In this document: in pieces, positions 1 through 13,375 of the stretch
How positions within the stretch are numbered: the first letter of the stretch is position 1
Layout of the letters: every line of letters starts with the position of its first letter
DNA from: Octopus sinensis
Lineage: Eukaryota
Assembly (NCBI RefSeq): GCF_006345805.1
Contig: NC_043007.1
Location: 37,696,001 to 37,760,000, forward strand
DNA: 64,000 nucleotides
Direction of reading: 5' to 3'
The notes under the pieces: model-generated
Database searches by the model: none
What the model saw: the letters and a program-made list of their open reading frames with translations, nothing else
What the model was told of the DNA's origin: nothing
Position numbers and translations under genes: made by a program

Positions 1-600
1 CCAGAAGTCGCGCACCACCCTGGCTTTATAAAAATAATACACCCTTATTGATTTCAAAAACACTTTTTGAAAATAATCATAGCAAATGCTCAAATTGAGC
101 AGCCTCTGCAATAAAAAATGCATCAGTTATAAAAGTAAAATGAATTGCGTGAATTATTTTTAACGAAAACCAGAATGCTGCGCGACTTCTGGGACACCCT
201 CTATGGATGGAAGCACTCCTTCGGTTACGACGACGAGGGTTCCGGTTGATCCGAATCAACAGAACAGCCTGCTAGTGAAATTAACGTGTAAGTGGCTGAG
301 CACTCCACAGACACGTGCACCCTTAACGTAGTTCTCGGGGATATTCAGCGTGACACAGAGAGTGGCAAGGCCGGCCCTTTGAAATACAGGTACAACAGAA
401 ACAGGAAGTAAGAGTGAGAGAAAGTTGTGGTGAAAGAGTACAGCAGGGATCACCACCATCCCCAGCCGGAGCCTCATCGAACTTTAGGTGTTTTCACTCA
501 ATAAACACTCACAACGCCCGGTCTGGGAATCGAAACCGCGATCCTATGACCGCGAGGCCGCTGCCCTAACCACTGGGCCATTGCGCCTCCACACACCCTG
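1..600. mobile_element. Tc1/mariner-type MITE (left end cut by window), interrupted by a SINE
   Basis: ccagaagtcgcgca (1-14) is inverted at 180-200 (tgcgcgacttctgggacaccct); the terminus cacaccctg|TA resumes at 592-602 after the SINE; same family as 13668-13853. Confidence 0.65.
201..591 (-). mobile_element. tRNA-derived SINE (family A)
   Basis: Minus-strand head tggaggcgcaatggcccagtggttagggcag...ggtttcgattccc (A/B boxes); acaccct duplicated on both sides; homologous to 54058-54350. Confidence 0.8.
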
Positions 601-825
601 TATATATACAGGCTTGTCAGCTATTTACCGTTGTCTCTTCTATCACAACAAAAGACACCCATCGCCCTGGCACACTTTGTAGTTTATGTAGTTCTCTTTT
701 CAGTAGCGAAACTTGTGCACTCCCCGAGTTACGCCAGTCTTATATAATGTGGTTAAGAAGTTCATTTCAAAACCATGTGGTTTGGAGTTCAGTTTCAGTG
801 TACGACACTTCAGACAAGTAACTTC

Positions 826-1141
826 GGTACTACTTGAGAAGAGTGGTCCCGGTGCGCGCATCCACGCTAGCTAGTCGTGACTAGTCGATCCTTACTTTGT
901 GTTTTATTTACTTTGTTTAAAAAGATTTATTTACTTTGTGTCAGTCGTTGTAGGATCGACTAGTCACGACTAGCTAGCGCGGATGCGTGAGTATGCGAGT
1001 GCGCGCACAGGGACCACTCTTCTTAAGTGGTACCCACAAAGTAAATAAAATACAAAAACACAAAGTAAGGATCGACTAGTCACGACTAGCTAGCGCGGAT
1101 GCGCGACTACGCGCACCGGGACCACTCTTCTTAAGTAGAAC
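826..1141. mobile_element. Mutator(MULE)-like MITE with long TIRs and a duplicated right arm
   Basis: TIR GGTACTACTT(G/A)AGAAGAGTGGTCCCGGTGCGCG; 9-bp TSD AGTAACTTC at 817-825 and 1142-1150; inserted into a SINE head. Confidence 0.8.
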
Positions 1142-1324
1142 AGTAACTTCTAACTAAATGTGTGTATGAGCGTGCCTGTGTTTTCATGTCTCTCATAGCT
1201 TCAACAATCGATGTTGGTTTGTCTACGTTTCTACAGCTAGCGGTTCGGCACAATAGGATAACGATAGTGCCAGGCATAAGTACTGAGGTACATTTGATCG
1301 ACTACACTCTAAGAACAATATATA

Positions 1325-1520
1325 TTTCTTTACTACCCACAAGGGGCTAAACAAGGACAGACAAAGGGATTTAGTCGATTACATCGACTCCAGTGCGTAA
1401 CTGGTACTTAATTTATCGACCCCGAAAGGATGAAAGGCAAAGTCGACCTCGGCGGAATTTGAACTCAGAACGTAACGGCAGACGAAATACGGCTACGCAT
1501 TTCGCCCGGCGTGCTAAGCG
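1325..1520 (-). mobile_element. tRNA-derived SINE (family C)
   Basis: Near-identical to 28235-28460, 35210-35418 and 40085-40318 (cgaccccgaaaggatgaaaggcaaagtcgacctcggcggaatttgaactc). Confidence 0.8.
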
Positions 1521-1780
1521 TAACTATTAGGGTAAGGAGAAAAACGAGATATATGAAGAGGGTCGAAATGGAGAGAGAGAGAGAATCAGAGAGAAAGAAA
1601 CATGTTGATGCAAAGATACACACAGATAAACAGAAATCGATCTAGTCAATGTTATGTAAACGAGAAATACAGAGATGGTAGGGGCGAGGAAGAACGAGGT
1701 AGTTAATAAAAGGGGCCGCGACAAGAAACACTTTTAAGTAGATAGAATAATTAAATCTGCAACGTCTTCTGTTTACGTAC

Positions 1781-1861
1781 CTGTTTGTAATGTAACCTGA
1801 CGGGTTTAATATATCTGGATTTGTCGAATGTCGACACGGTCACGTCGCTAATGTTCTCCAT
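1781..1861 (-). CDS. NUDT14: NUDT14-like UDP-sugar diphosphatase (Nudix), first coding exon
   Basis: ATG at 1861, 27 codons MENISDVTVSTFDKSRYIKPVRLHYKQ, then donor CAG|GTACGT; resembles the recalled human NUDT14 N-terminus [27 protein letters not shown]; CpG-rich context; later exons outside the window. Confidence 0.8.
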
Positions 1862-2170
1862 TTGTAATTGACTTCTGGCGCCGTCGCTTTCTTGGAAAAC
1901 TGAGATTAGTCAGTTCGTTCCTTTCGCTTTTATCTCTTCGTCTCACAATTCATTTCACTTTCTCTTTTCACTCGCTTTCCGGGAGTTATGCCACTCTCCC
2001 AACTCTGGGTGCAATAACTCTCCACACAAAGGTCATTTGGCCCCTCCCCCATCGCTTTCGAACACTATTGTTATCTCTCTCTCCCGTTCCATTCCTCTCT
2101 TCTCACTGTTACAAGAAGGTCTTAACCTTGTTTATTGTTAATTCTAAATACAAACTTGTTGCCGGTTCAA
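1862..2170 (-). promoter_or_regulatory. Probable 5'UTR/proximal promoter of NUDT14
   Basis: Unique, relatively CpG-retaining sequence directly upstream of the ATG; no TSS data. Confidence 0.4.
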
Positions 2171-2176
2171 AAGTGT

Positions 2177-2539
2177 GGTACTACTTAAGAAGAGTGGTCC
2201 CGGTGCGCGCACTCGCATTCTCGCACATCCGCGCTGACTAGTCGATCCTTACTTTTTGTTATTGTTTTATTTACTTTATTTAAAAAATTATTTACTTTGT
2301 GCTTTTTGTCTTTTATTTACTTTGTTTTAAAAAAATTATTTACTTTGTGTAAAAAAAAAAAAAAAGGATCTTATTTTTAAAATCTGCCGGTGAAAGTGAA
2401 AAGATCTCAAAAATTATTTATTTTGTGTTTTATTTACTTTGCTAGGTAGTCGTTATAGGATCGACCAGTCACAACTAGCTAGCACGGATGCGCTACTATG
2501 CGAGTGCGCGCACCGGGACCACTCTTCTTAAATAGTACC
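2177..2539. mobile_element. Second copy of the MULE-like MITE
   Basis: GGTACTACTTAAGAAGAGTGGTCCCGGTGCGCG ... CGCGCACCGGGACCACTCTTCTTAAATAGTACC; TSD not recognisable. Confidence 0.8.
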
Positions 2540-3065
2540 GAAAATTTCCCGCCGGGTATAGGTAGGTGTAGTAAACACACTGAGTCAGTTCGCTGTGAAC
2601 CTCTCTATTTCCAGCGAGAAATTTTCTCCATGACAAAATATAGCGAATGGATTCTTGTAGGTTCGAATACACCTCACCTCATACAATTTTGAACCGGGAA
2701 CAAGTTTGTGTTTATACACGTCACTGCTTAGCAATTTCGTCCCGTATTGTTAATTCTAGTATTGTTAATTCGCTCCATCGACCTCAGAAGTATGGAATGC
2801 AGAGTTGACCTCCACCGGCATATTATTGTTCTCAAGCTAAGAAATTCAATGCTCTCCACTACAAAGAAGAAAAAAAAACTGTAAAATTCTGTCCTCAGTA
2901 TTTTAAAAGGAAGGCAAACTGGAATTTGCCTTCATATAATTCTTTCTATTGCGGTGAAGAGGGGGGGGGGCATCTTAGATTTATTTGAAATGGCTATGTT
3001 TTCCCCCCACCCATTTATCTATACTGGACTATGACCGTCGACTGTCGAAAGCTACATAGCTTCAA

Positions 3066-3670
3066 CCTTTTACCTGTACTATGTATCACATATGATACAT
3101 AGGCCAGATTTTCCCTGACGTCTATGCATCATATATTATACACATTACTATTTTTTTTACAGCCGTTAGTGCAGTGTTTCCTAACCTACTTTTCTCCCAA
3201 GTTCCACTACAACTTCCCATAAAAATCTATGCCCCACCTGTCGTTGGGAAAAAAAAAAAAAAACTTAATTTTTAATGTTTCCTGTTTATATACTTTCCTT
3301 AAGAAATATTCATACTAGAACATTAGAATATCGCCAAACAGTAGCAAAGTCTTCACACAGTATGCTTGGCTAGAAGGATTGGTTTGACTAGGCTCAGTAC
3401 TGGTGTGCTATGTTTGTTGGGGAAAAAAAGATTTTCACAATTCCATATCCCACTAGAAAGAAAAAAATGGGATCAAACACCCCACAATTTTTCCCAGACC
3501 TCACCGGTGGGGCGGATTCTCACATTGGGAATCACCGTGTTAGAATAATTTGTAACTTATGAAAGAAACGCTTTATATTATTCAATGTAAGAAACGGGCT
3601 AACTAAAAGTCTGAAAACAAGCATGGACGTTAAGGGCAAACCTATGAAAATGTTTTGGACAGGTGAAGGG
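3066..3670. mobile_element. piggyBac-like MITE with a nested hAT MITE
   Basis: TCAA|CCTTTTACCTGTAC ... GGACAGGTGAAGGG|TTAA termini. Confidence 0.6.
3172..3537. mobile_element. hAT-type MITE
   Basis: CAGTGTTTCCTAA ... TTGGGAATCACCG termini; degenerate 8-bp TSD cgttagtg/tgttagaa. Confidence 0.6.
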
Positions 3671-5139
3671 TTAACGAGGTTAAGTAGTTTAACCTCTATC
3701 TGTAATGAGGTCAGCAAAGCAGAAGCAAAAGTGTCGAATAGATATCTGGTGAGTGTTATTAGCAGGATGACAACTTTTCTAATACTGTCCCGTTTAGCAA
3801 TACCACATAGTCCTTAGGTAAACTTTCAGTAAAGTTACCTCTGTGGCAAGTATTTCGATCAAATGCTTAGTTCCTTCATCCACGTTGTTGTCTGCCCCCC
3901 CCCGCTTCAGCAAACATGATTAAACAGACCTATGATCAAAAACATTTCAAACTTACTATACCTTGGACTGCTTTATCCGATTTTTTTAAAGACGTTAGCG
4001 TATGAGAAGGATTCAGCAGCTATTTTTAGCAGCTTGAGATGCTATTTAGAAGCTCTGTCCCTGGCTCAGCCTCGACAATATATGGATCTTTTCCTTTTGA
4101 ACGGCCGTTTTCAACACAATTTCTAGTTAACTAAACACTTTTGAACTTCGTATACTGGCAGAATAAAACATTTGGCTTTCTTGAGAAAATTGTAATTTGT
4201 AAGTTTAACGTAGTTTAATTTTTCGAATTTTAACCAATCGATGGCCTCTATTAAGCTAAAATCATTTGCCAAATAAAATTAAGGTGGTTTAACTCTCTGG
4301 CGAAGAAAAAAAAATATTAGATGGATAAAAACTCTATTTTGTTTTCTTCTTCATAAAAGGACTAATGGAAATACGTTTCCTTAATATTCCGAGATATTTG
4401 TGAGTTAGTGGTCTAAGTGCAAATAACTCTGTTTCCTTGTTAAATAGCAATTACTTCCCTTGAGAGTTACATTTCTTTCTTTAAAACATTATCTTTCGAC
4501 TACGTTTTCTTTTTCGTACACAGATTTTTTAAATGATTTGTTTTTGGGAAAAGAAAATACCTGAATTATTGAAAATAATTACTAACACCCTGGGGAATAG
4601 ATGTGGTTTGTGTATATAATAATCAATTCAGTTATTTTTCTTTTATTTTTAAGTTCTCAGTTCAAATCCCTCCGAGGTCAACTTTTTCTTTCATCTTTTC
4701 GGGATCGATAAAATAAAGTATCAATCAAGTAATAGGGTCGATGTAATCGATTTACAATCATCCTACAAAAAATCCCTGGCACAAAGTCAAAAGTTGAAAC
4801 CGTTTTAACCGCTTTGCATGCAGTTTTCTGTGCTAATATGAGTGAGCTGGTCCCATTTTGACGTTGCGGATTTTTCTTTTTACAACTTTTGATTGCTGGC
4901 GTGAAATAGGAGCTAGTTACACTAACTGGAACGGTCATGGCATATATTCAGGTCCAATCAGCAATAACTTTATTGAAAAATTTGAACTCAAAACCAAGAG
5001 GTCAATAATTACATACCTGAATCTCACAAGCCACTGTCGAAGCCTGTACATGGACATGTGTCCTGCTAGAAATAGCAACCAAATCCCCAAATCTTTGCTT
5101 GTCCTATGTATCACATGCAAAACATGGGACGATGTTGGG

Positions 5140-5330
5140 GGGACAAACACAGACACACAAACATACATACATACATATACATATGTACGACAAGCTTCTT
5201 TCAGATTCCATCTACCAAATCCACTCACAAGGCTTTGGTCGGCCCGAGGCTATAGTAGAAGACACTTGCCCAAGTTGCCACGCAGTGGGACTGAACCCGG
5301 AACCAAGCTACTTACCACACAGCCACTTTT
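5140..5330 (-). mobile_element. SINE family B (partial)
   Basis: ctaccaaatccactcacaaggctttggtcggcccgaggctatagtagaagacacttgccc; many copies in the window. Confidence 0.75.
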
Positions 5331-6034
5331 ATAACAAGTAACTTTTATAACAAATGTAAGATAATAAATATATGACACAGTAAAATTAAGAAAATATGGA
5401 TTTATTAAATTTTGATTGATTTTAAACAATGTTTTGATAAAAACATCAACAAAGCTAACATATATTGTTCATTTTCATTATATTTGATTAGTGTTTGGAT
5501 TTTTTTATTCATTCTATCAAAATGCTAAAACAACACAATCACTGACTCTCTCTTCAGTTAATTTACCTCTTAGAAGATGCTGCTGCAGAATAGAAAATAG
5601 AAGACAGAGTCTATTGCTATTTAACAGTTGGATGTTGAATAGAAGGAAGGCCAACGGCATTATCATCATCATTGTTGCTGTCATCATTCTACATCTGTTT
5701 TTTATACTGGCATGGGTTGAACAGATCATCATGGATCGAGTCAGTTCTTATTTGGAGTCACAGCTCTCTTAGGACAAGTCTGAAGACGATGTCTCACTCA
5801 TACATTCCAGCTATAATAAACTAATTCGCCTAATAAGAAAAAAGGAAAAACATCAGATTCATGCTCGCGTCAAATATTAGATATAAAACAAAAAGAAAAA
5901 TAATTTCCTTGTTCTTCAGTTTATTATTAAGATGGCAAGATGGCAGAGTCATTGGTATACTGGGTAAAATGTTTAGCAGCATTTTTTCCAGCTTTACATT
6001 CAAATTCCACTGAGGTCAACTTTGCCTTTCATCC

Positions 6035-6345
6035 TTTTGCTGAACCGCTAAGTTATGGGGACGTAAACACATCAGCATCGGTTGTCAAGCGATGTTGGTG
6101 GGACAAACACAGACACATAAAAACACACACATATATATATACATATATATGACAGGCTTCTTTCAGTTTCCGTCTACCAAATTCACTCACAAGGCTCTGG
6201 TCGGCCTGAGGCTATAGTTGAAGACACTTGCCCAAGGTGCCATACAGTGAGACTGAACCTGGACCCACATGGTTGGTAAGCAAACTTCTTATCACACAGC
6301 TCTTCCATAAGCAAGCTACTTACCACACAGCCACTCCTGCACCTT
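6035..6345 (-). mobile_element. SINE family B
   Basis: Homologous to 18143-18541. Confidence 0.75.
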
Positions 6346-7614
6346 AGGTAAATAAGTTGTTATTTATTAAACATTGGTAGTCCAGGAACGTTTTGATACC
6401 ACTTCATACATGGCTACCCTGAATTATGTAAGGGCAAGTGGGAATAGCTGGGAAGAAGATAAGATGGTAGTAATGGGGTATCAAAACAAACCCTACAAGG
6501 GGCAAGAGAGGATATGGCAGTGGATAAGGAGGTGGGAATTATAAGAGTGTAAAAGGTGAATAACAGTTGGTTAGATGTGGGGTAAGAGGTGAATGAAGTA
6601 AGTGGTGAGCAGGGGTGAAAGGGTGGGAAGTATCAATGTTGGGCAGAGGAGGGTGGGTTAGGTGAGTGAGATAAAAGTGACTTGGGGGTGATAGATCAGT
6701 AAGTGAGGGAGAATGACCAACGCATAGGAGTTGATGGGGAGGGAGATGTTGAGGTAAATAAAGGTGCATGGCCTAGTGGCTAGGCTGTTGCAGTCAATCA
6801 CTAGATCATGGGTTCGATCCCCAGACCAGGTGGTGTGTTGTGTTCTTGAGCAAAACATTTTATTTCACGTTGCTCCAATCCCCTTTTTAATCAGAGGGGA
6901 ATATTGGCCTGGTCACCTAGCCAGTGGGGTGGCATCATTTGAAGTCTAAAATGATGCAAAGCGCATTGTGACCAGTGATGTGTAACAACATCTGATAGCC
7001 TGAGTGGTCACATGATCACCTAATAATGAGTAGGAATGGTGGCAGATATAAGAAGGTATTGAGAAAGACAGCAGATATGCAGTGTTAAGATGAATTACAG
7101 GTAATACCTCATTTTATGAGGACCCGCTTTTTTGAGACCCCAGGTTTACGAGTTTTATTTTATAATAAATATAAAAGGTTAAACAGCCATTTTGTGTATG
7201 TGGCAACACTGGTTCTTATACATCTACACAGCAGTGGAATAAAATAATGGTATGAAATTCCCTTGCTATTATGGGAAATTTTTGCTCTGCTTTATGAGTT
7301 TTTTGCTTTACAAGCAGTCTCTGGGAACAAATTAATTCATATACTGAGTATATTAGTGTGTGGTAGAGGAGCAGGGGAGATAACTGGAGACACAAAGGAG
7401 GTAATCAATCCTCATGGTGTGGGGAAAGAATGAGAATGGAGGTGGGAGGAGGCCGTAACTTGAAATGCAAAAAAGAGGATACATGTGACAAGGAGGGATG
7501 ACTTTTGGAGTTAGGGAGATAAGATGTGGGGAATACCTGATGGGGAAAAAACGGGAGTAGGGAAAGAGTCCAACATGAACAAGAATAGACAAAATGTTTT
7601 AGAACTTCATATTT

Positions 7615-7985
7615 GTTGTGATGGACAGGATGGAAATCTTCAGCACGCATGAGCAGAGTTGGATTCTTCCGGGAGTTCCCTCATGTGCATGCGCAGAAAA
7701 CTAGCAGCAGCAAAATTTCCTTCGTTCGGTCTCTCAAATGCTGACAGCTGAACAGGATGGATGTGTTTTTAGCAGCTCTCTCAAGCTGCACCTCGTGGCG
7801 TTGCTACGCTATGCTTGAATGGACAGGATTTGGCTCACTCCACTTGACTACTGCAATGAGCTCCTAGGCTGCCGATTCGCCCTGAAAGGAAAATGTATAT
7901 ATTGCGAATCCAGAAATAAAATATTCATGCTGTTGAAGTTAATCAGGAGTCTTGACTCTTTGCTTCGATTAATATTTTAATGTCA
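7615..7985 (+). mobile_element. Possible solo LTR
   Basis: TG...CA ends, about 370 bp, AATAAA at about 7915, higher GC than surroundings; no TSD found. Confidence 0.35.
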
Positions 7986-7994
7986 AGGATGAGA

Positions 7995-10120
7995 GCTACA
8001 CCCATCCAGTGTTACAGACCTTTCATCTTGTTACAAGGTCTTTGCAAGCACAGCAAATCGCAATTCCTCTTGGTGCTTTGTCACTTCTTCCATGAGGTTC
8101 AGCATCTTCAGATCAGCCTTCACTGCTTCATTTCATCTCTTCCTGGGTCTCCCTCTTCTACAAGTCCCATCCACTTTAAGTGTCTGGCACCTCTTTAAGC
8201 AGATGTTCTCATTCATAAACCAGTGTAGTCCTCTCTTGCAAACTTCTTATTCCTCTTATACATGCATACTGACACTGCACATCCAACAAACTACATTGGC
8301 TTCATTTCCCTCTAGTCATTGCATGTCCTCTGCATTACGTGCCCATGTAGCATTGCTGTTCATACACCAGCATCATACAGTCTGCCTTTCATTTTGAGAG
8401 ACATCTTTTGTTACCAACAGTGTTAATAGCTCTCTGACCTTCCTCCAACCTATTCTTATTTTAGAAACTATACTTTCAGAGCATCCTCCCCTACTTCAAG
8501 TTATGTCCCAAGGTAACAGAAACTATCTGCTACCTGCAGGGAGCCTTTTAGGCATTGGAAAGAATCTATTGTCTTGAGTGATCATTGTTCCCAGGCACCT
8601 TTCACATATAAACACTATTTTCTTCATTAGCTCCCCTGTGATTCTACAACATCTTTTTTTGTGTCCATAGCTTGCACTAGGTGCATCATATGGAATTCCT
8701 GCCTACACCCTTCCTACATATCAAGTAAGGCCATTTACCTGTGCTTACTAGAACTTTGGTCTTTGCTTAAGACTCTTTGATTCCAGGTTTTACTGCAACA
8801 CCTGTAATTTCTAATTCTATTAAAGATTCTTCAACAAGAATGAGATCATCGTACAGTAGTTCCCAGGGGCAGCCTGTTTCAAATTTCTGTTTTGGAATGA
8901 AAGTCAATAATGAATACTAAGGGACTGAGAACTGAGCCCTGGTGAACTCCTACCTGTACTCTAAATTCAGTGCTGAACTCATAGCTAACTATCACCTTAT
9001 TAACAGCACCCCTGTACATGGCTTGTATGACTTTTGCAAGCCATTTGTCTGCAACCTAGCTTCCCCAGAGAGTACCAAATCACAGAGCAAGGAATTCTGT
9101 TGAAGGCTTTCTCCAAGTCAACAAATGTGCCATAGTTTACTCTGAGCTAAATACTGCAGTTGTCTAAGGTGGCATCAATAGTAATTCCTGGCACAAAATT
9201 AAACTGCATCTTACTTAGCCAAATTCTGTTTCTCTCTCAGACTTTCATGACATGGCACAACAATTTGATACGTCTAATTACTTCTACTAAAGGCATCTCC
9301 TTTGGTCTTGTAACATCTTGTAACTAGGATGTTGCTATACCAGTCATTGGGTATGACACCTTCCTGATTAACCTGGTTTGCTATATAGGTGACAAGGCAC
9401 ACCAAAACTAATTAAGATATTTTAACCCTTTTGTTACTGTATTTCTGTTGAGATGCTCTGTGTTTCTTTCAATTACGTTATATATAACAAAGAATTTAGT
9501 AAAATAACTTAGTTATCATTCAGCTAGAGTTGGGAACATAAATTGTGACTTAGGTTTGGTGGAAGATCTTAATTCAGAACTTATAAAAACACGACATTTG
9601 TACAAAGAGCCAGAGCCGGTTTCAGCCGGGTTGGTAATGAAAGGGTTAAGAATCTCAGCAGTAATTCCTGATGTACCGAGGGCTTTCCTTTATCTACCAC
9701 ACTGCTGTCAACTAGGATAGCTGAGTTCCTCTATAGAATCAACAACGAGGAGGCTCTTTCTACCATGTATTCTCCATATTTAATAGCTTTTCATAGTTAG
9801 CATTTTCCTTCTACTTTGTTTTTAGAATCACAAAGTGCAAGCATACCATTATACATCCATACACACTTCTCTCCCATACCTTTAGAACTTCATATTTGTT
9901 GTGATGGACAGGTCTTTGCAAGCACAGCAAATCGCAATTCATCTTGGTGCTTTGTCATTTCCTCCATGAGGTTCAGCATTTTCAGATCAGCCTTCACTGC
10001 TTCATTTCATCTCTTCCTGGGTCTATACACTGTCATGCAATCCAGAACACCTCCTGCTGTAAGACATTGGCAAATTTTCCTTTCTGCTTCAGCTCTTGCT
10101 AAACAAACCTGTCCTTTCTA
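7995..10120 (-). mobile_element. Degenerate RTE-clade LINE (RT region to 3' end)
   Basis: Minus-strand RT motifs FVDLEKAFNRIP (about 9090-9125), GVHQGSVLSP (8921-8950) and GCPWELLY-DDLIL (about 8835-8875, A of YADD deleted); many stops and frameshifts. Confidence 0.85.
9426..9645. mobile_element. piggyBac-like MITE inserted in the LINE
   Basis: TTAA|CCCTTTTGTTAC ... GTAATGAAAGGG|TTAA; related decayed copy at about 15446-15673. Confidence 0.8.
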
Positions 10121-10879
10121 ACGTCAGCCACTTTACTGAGTATACTGGATTTTTTTTTTATGGTTTCAGCACTACTGAGATCACTGGTTCAAATATGGGA
10201 ATAAGCTTAATCTGTTACCCCCCACTTAGCACTACAACATGGTCGCTGGCAAATTTGAAGAGTTGGTAGAGCATCAAACAAAAATGTTTTGTAGTATTTA
10301 TTCCAGCTCCTTATGTCTAGATCAGATCTCACCAAGATCAACTCACCAAGATCAACTCACCAAGATCAACATCTGGGGTCAATATATTAAGTACCAATCA
10401 CTACTAAAACCAATATATAATTGATTACATAATCTGATCAAAATCTATAGCCTTGTGCTTACATCAGAAACATCATTTACAAAACATCTTGTTTTACATA
10501 TACATATATATCAATATATATATATATATTTTATTTATATAATTTTTACATTTTATTTTACATTTCTCATATTTTTTATTTTACAATTTTGCTTTTAATT
10601 TTAGCATTTTTCTCTTGATTTTTTTCATTTGTCATTATTTTTTCAAAATTTTATTTACAAGTTAAAATAAAAAAAAACAACAAAAAACAAATAACATAAA
10701 TTATTAGTCCTTTCTTATGGCAATAACAGTAACAACAGAGTAGAAATAGCAAGTAGTAATAGTAGTAGTAACAAAGCCATGGTGTAGTAGCAGTAGCAAG
10801 TAGTAGTAGTAGCAGCAGCAGCAGTGGTATGTGGTGATAGTGTGGCAGTAGAGATTGTTACAAACAGATGACAAATATT

Positions 10880-11018
10880 TCTTACGCACACACATGCACA
10901 TATACATATGTATGTATATATATACATATATACATGTACATGTGTGTGTATATATATATATACACACACACATATCTATGCATGTATATACATATCTATA
11001 TATATATATATGCATACG

Positions 11019-11056
<38 letters not shown>

Positions 11057-11345
11057 ATAATATATATATATATATGCATATACATAACATATATAAACAT
11101 TTATACATGTGTATATATATACATAACATATATAAACATTTATACATATATATATGCATATATACATATGTATATGGATATATATACATGTGTATGTGCA
11201 TATATATATATATATCACACACACATATATATATATATCACACACACACATATATATATACACACACACACACACAATATATATATATACACACACACAC
11301 ACACATATATATATACACACACACACACACACATATATATATTAT

Positions 11346-11376
<31 letters not shown>

Positions 11377-11559
11377 CACACACACACACACACACCACAT
11401 ATATATATACACACACACACACATAATATATACACACACACACACACATATATAATATACACACACACACACACATATATATATACACACACACACACAA
11501 CATATATATATACACACACACACACCACACATATATATATACACCACACACACACACAT

Positions 11560-11591
<32 letters not shown>

Positions 11592-11644
11592 ATATATATA
11601 CACACACACAACACACACATATATACACACACACACATACACAC

Positions 11645-11688
<44 letters not shown>

Positions 11689-11722
11689 CACACATATATA
11701 CACACACACCACACACACATAT

Positions 11723-11758
<36 letters not shown>

Positions 11759-11990
11759 TATACACACACATATATATATATATACACACATATATATATA
11801 TACATTTATACATATATGTATATATATATATATCTTGAAAGAGAGAGAGGGAGACATATGTACATATAAATATATGTACACATACATACTTGGATATATA
11901 TTTATATATATATTTTCAAACCTGTATGTGTATATACATATATACAAATATGTATATACACATACATGTGTGTGTATGCATTCATGCAAA
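10880..11990. repeat. Compound (TA)n/(CA)n microsatellite, about 1.1 kb
   Basis: Direct inspection; explains the I/Y/H/T and C/V ORFs. Confidence 0.95.
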
Positions 11991-12324
11991 TCCACATATA
12001 TAAATTCTTTCCACATTTTCTTTCTTAATGAATGAAGGAACAACACACACAAGCTCACACTTTTTACATATGTGATGATTTTTCTCAACTCTAACAGTTT
12101 CATTCAGTTCATACTGGTCAACCACACCAGACACCAAAGAATTGGGAAAGAATCCACTTTACTAACACACTCACACTTGTACACAGACCCCAAAACTAAT
12201 ATGTATAAACAAGAATAAACACAATAATAATAATATGTGTTTAAAAATTAGAAATATAAATTGAAGCTTCTTTTGTTTTGAAATAAGAATATAATAATAT
12301 AGGAAAATTATCCAACCAAAATTA

Positions 12325-12336
12325 AAATCATTATTT

Positions 12337-12373
<37 letters not shown>

Positions 12374-12625
12374 TATTATTATCATTATTACTATTATTAT
12401 TATTATTATTACTATCATTATTATTATTACTATTATTATTATTACTATCATTAGTATTATTACTATTATTATTATTATTACTATTATTATTATCATTATT
12501 ACTATTATTATTATTATTATTACTATCATTATTATTATTACTATTATTATTATTACTATCATTAGTATTATTACTATTATTATTATTATTATTATATTAT
12601 TATTATTACTATTATTATTATTAAT
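12325..12625. repeat. (ATT)n/(ACT) trinucleotide microsatellite
   Basis: Direct inspection. Confidence 0.95.
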
Positions 12626-13168
12626 GTGTTTGTGAGTTAGTTTAAATATGCAATGTTATTTCATAGACAGAGATGTGTAGTTTTATTTTACACATACACA
12701 AACATATAAGGGGTATATACACACACACACACATAAAAGTAAGGCTATTTCAAAATTATATAATTATGTATACACACAGCATAAATAAACATGTATGTGT
12801 ATGCTTCTTGTATAAGCATTTGTCACTTAAATCCTAGGATGTACAGACGTCTCATTATCATTTCAGTTCTGGATCTGTTTTGTATTTTATAAAGTCCCAG
12901 GGCAATGGCGATTCTGTGTAGAAGCAAGGATGAAAGTAAATCAGAACAATCAATGTGAGACCGCTATCATCTGTTAAGATGTGACAACCATCATCATCAT
13001 GTGTGTGTTTGAATGTATATGCATATATATATACACATGCATACATATACATACATACGCATATACATACATACATACATACATACATACGCATACATAC
13101 ACATACATATGCATATATACACATACATCCATACGCATACATACATATGCATACATACATACATATGC

Positions 13169-13222
<54 letters not shown>

Positions 13223-13375
13223 CACACCGACATATATCCATATCCATATACACAGACGCATATCCATATACACAGATATATACATATATATACACACACA
13301 CAGACATATATACATATCCACACACACACATACATATCCACACACACACATATACATATCCACACACACACACAT

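Noticed and set aside
201-591. tRNA genes suggested by A/B boxes here and in other SINE heads
   Set aside because: No complete cloverleaf; these are multicopy SINE heads
826-2539. Single composite transposition of both MITEs
   Set aside because: Outer flanks agtaacttc and gaaaatttc match only 5/9, and copy 1 has its own perfect TSD
4858-5341. 158-aa plus-strand ORF
   Set aside because: Non-ATG start and runs into SINE sequence; no recognisable protein motif
10329-10370. Three copies of tcaccaagatcaac, CRISPR-like at first glance
   Set aside because: No spacers; a simple slippage tandem inside a decayed SINE in eukaryotic DNA
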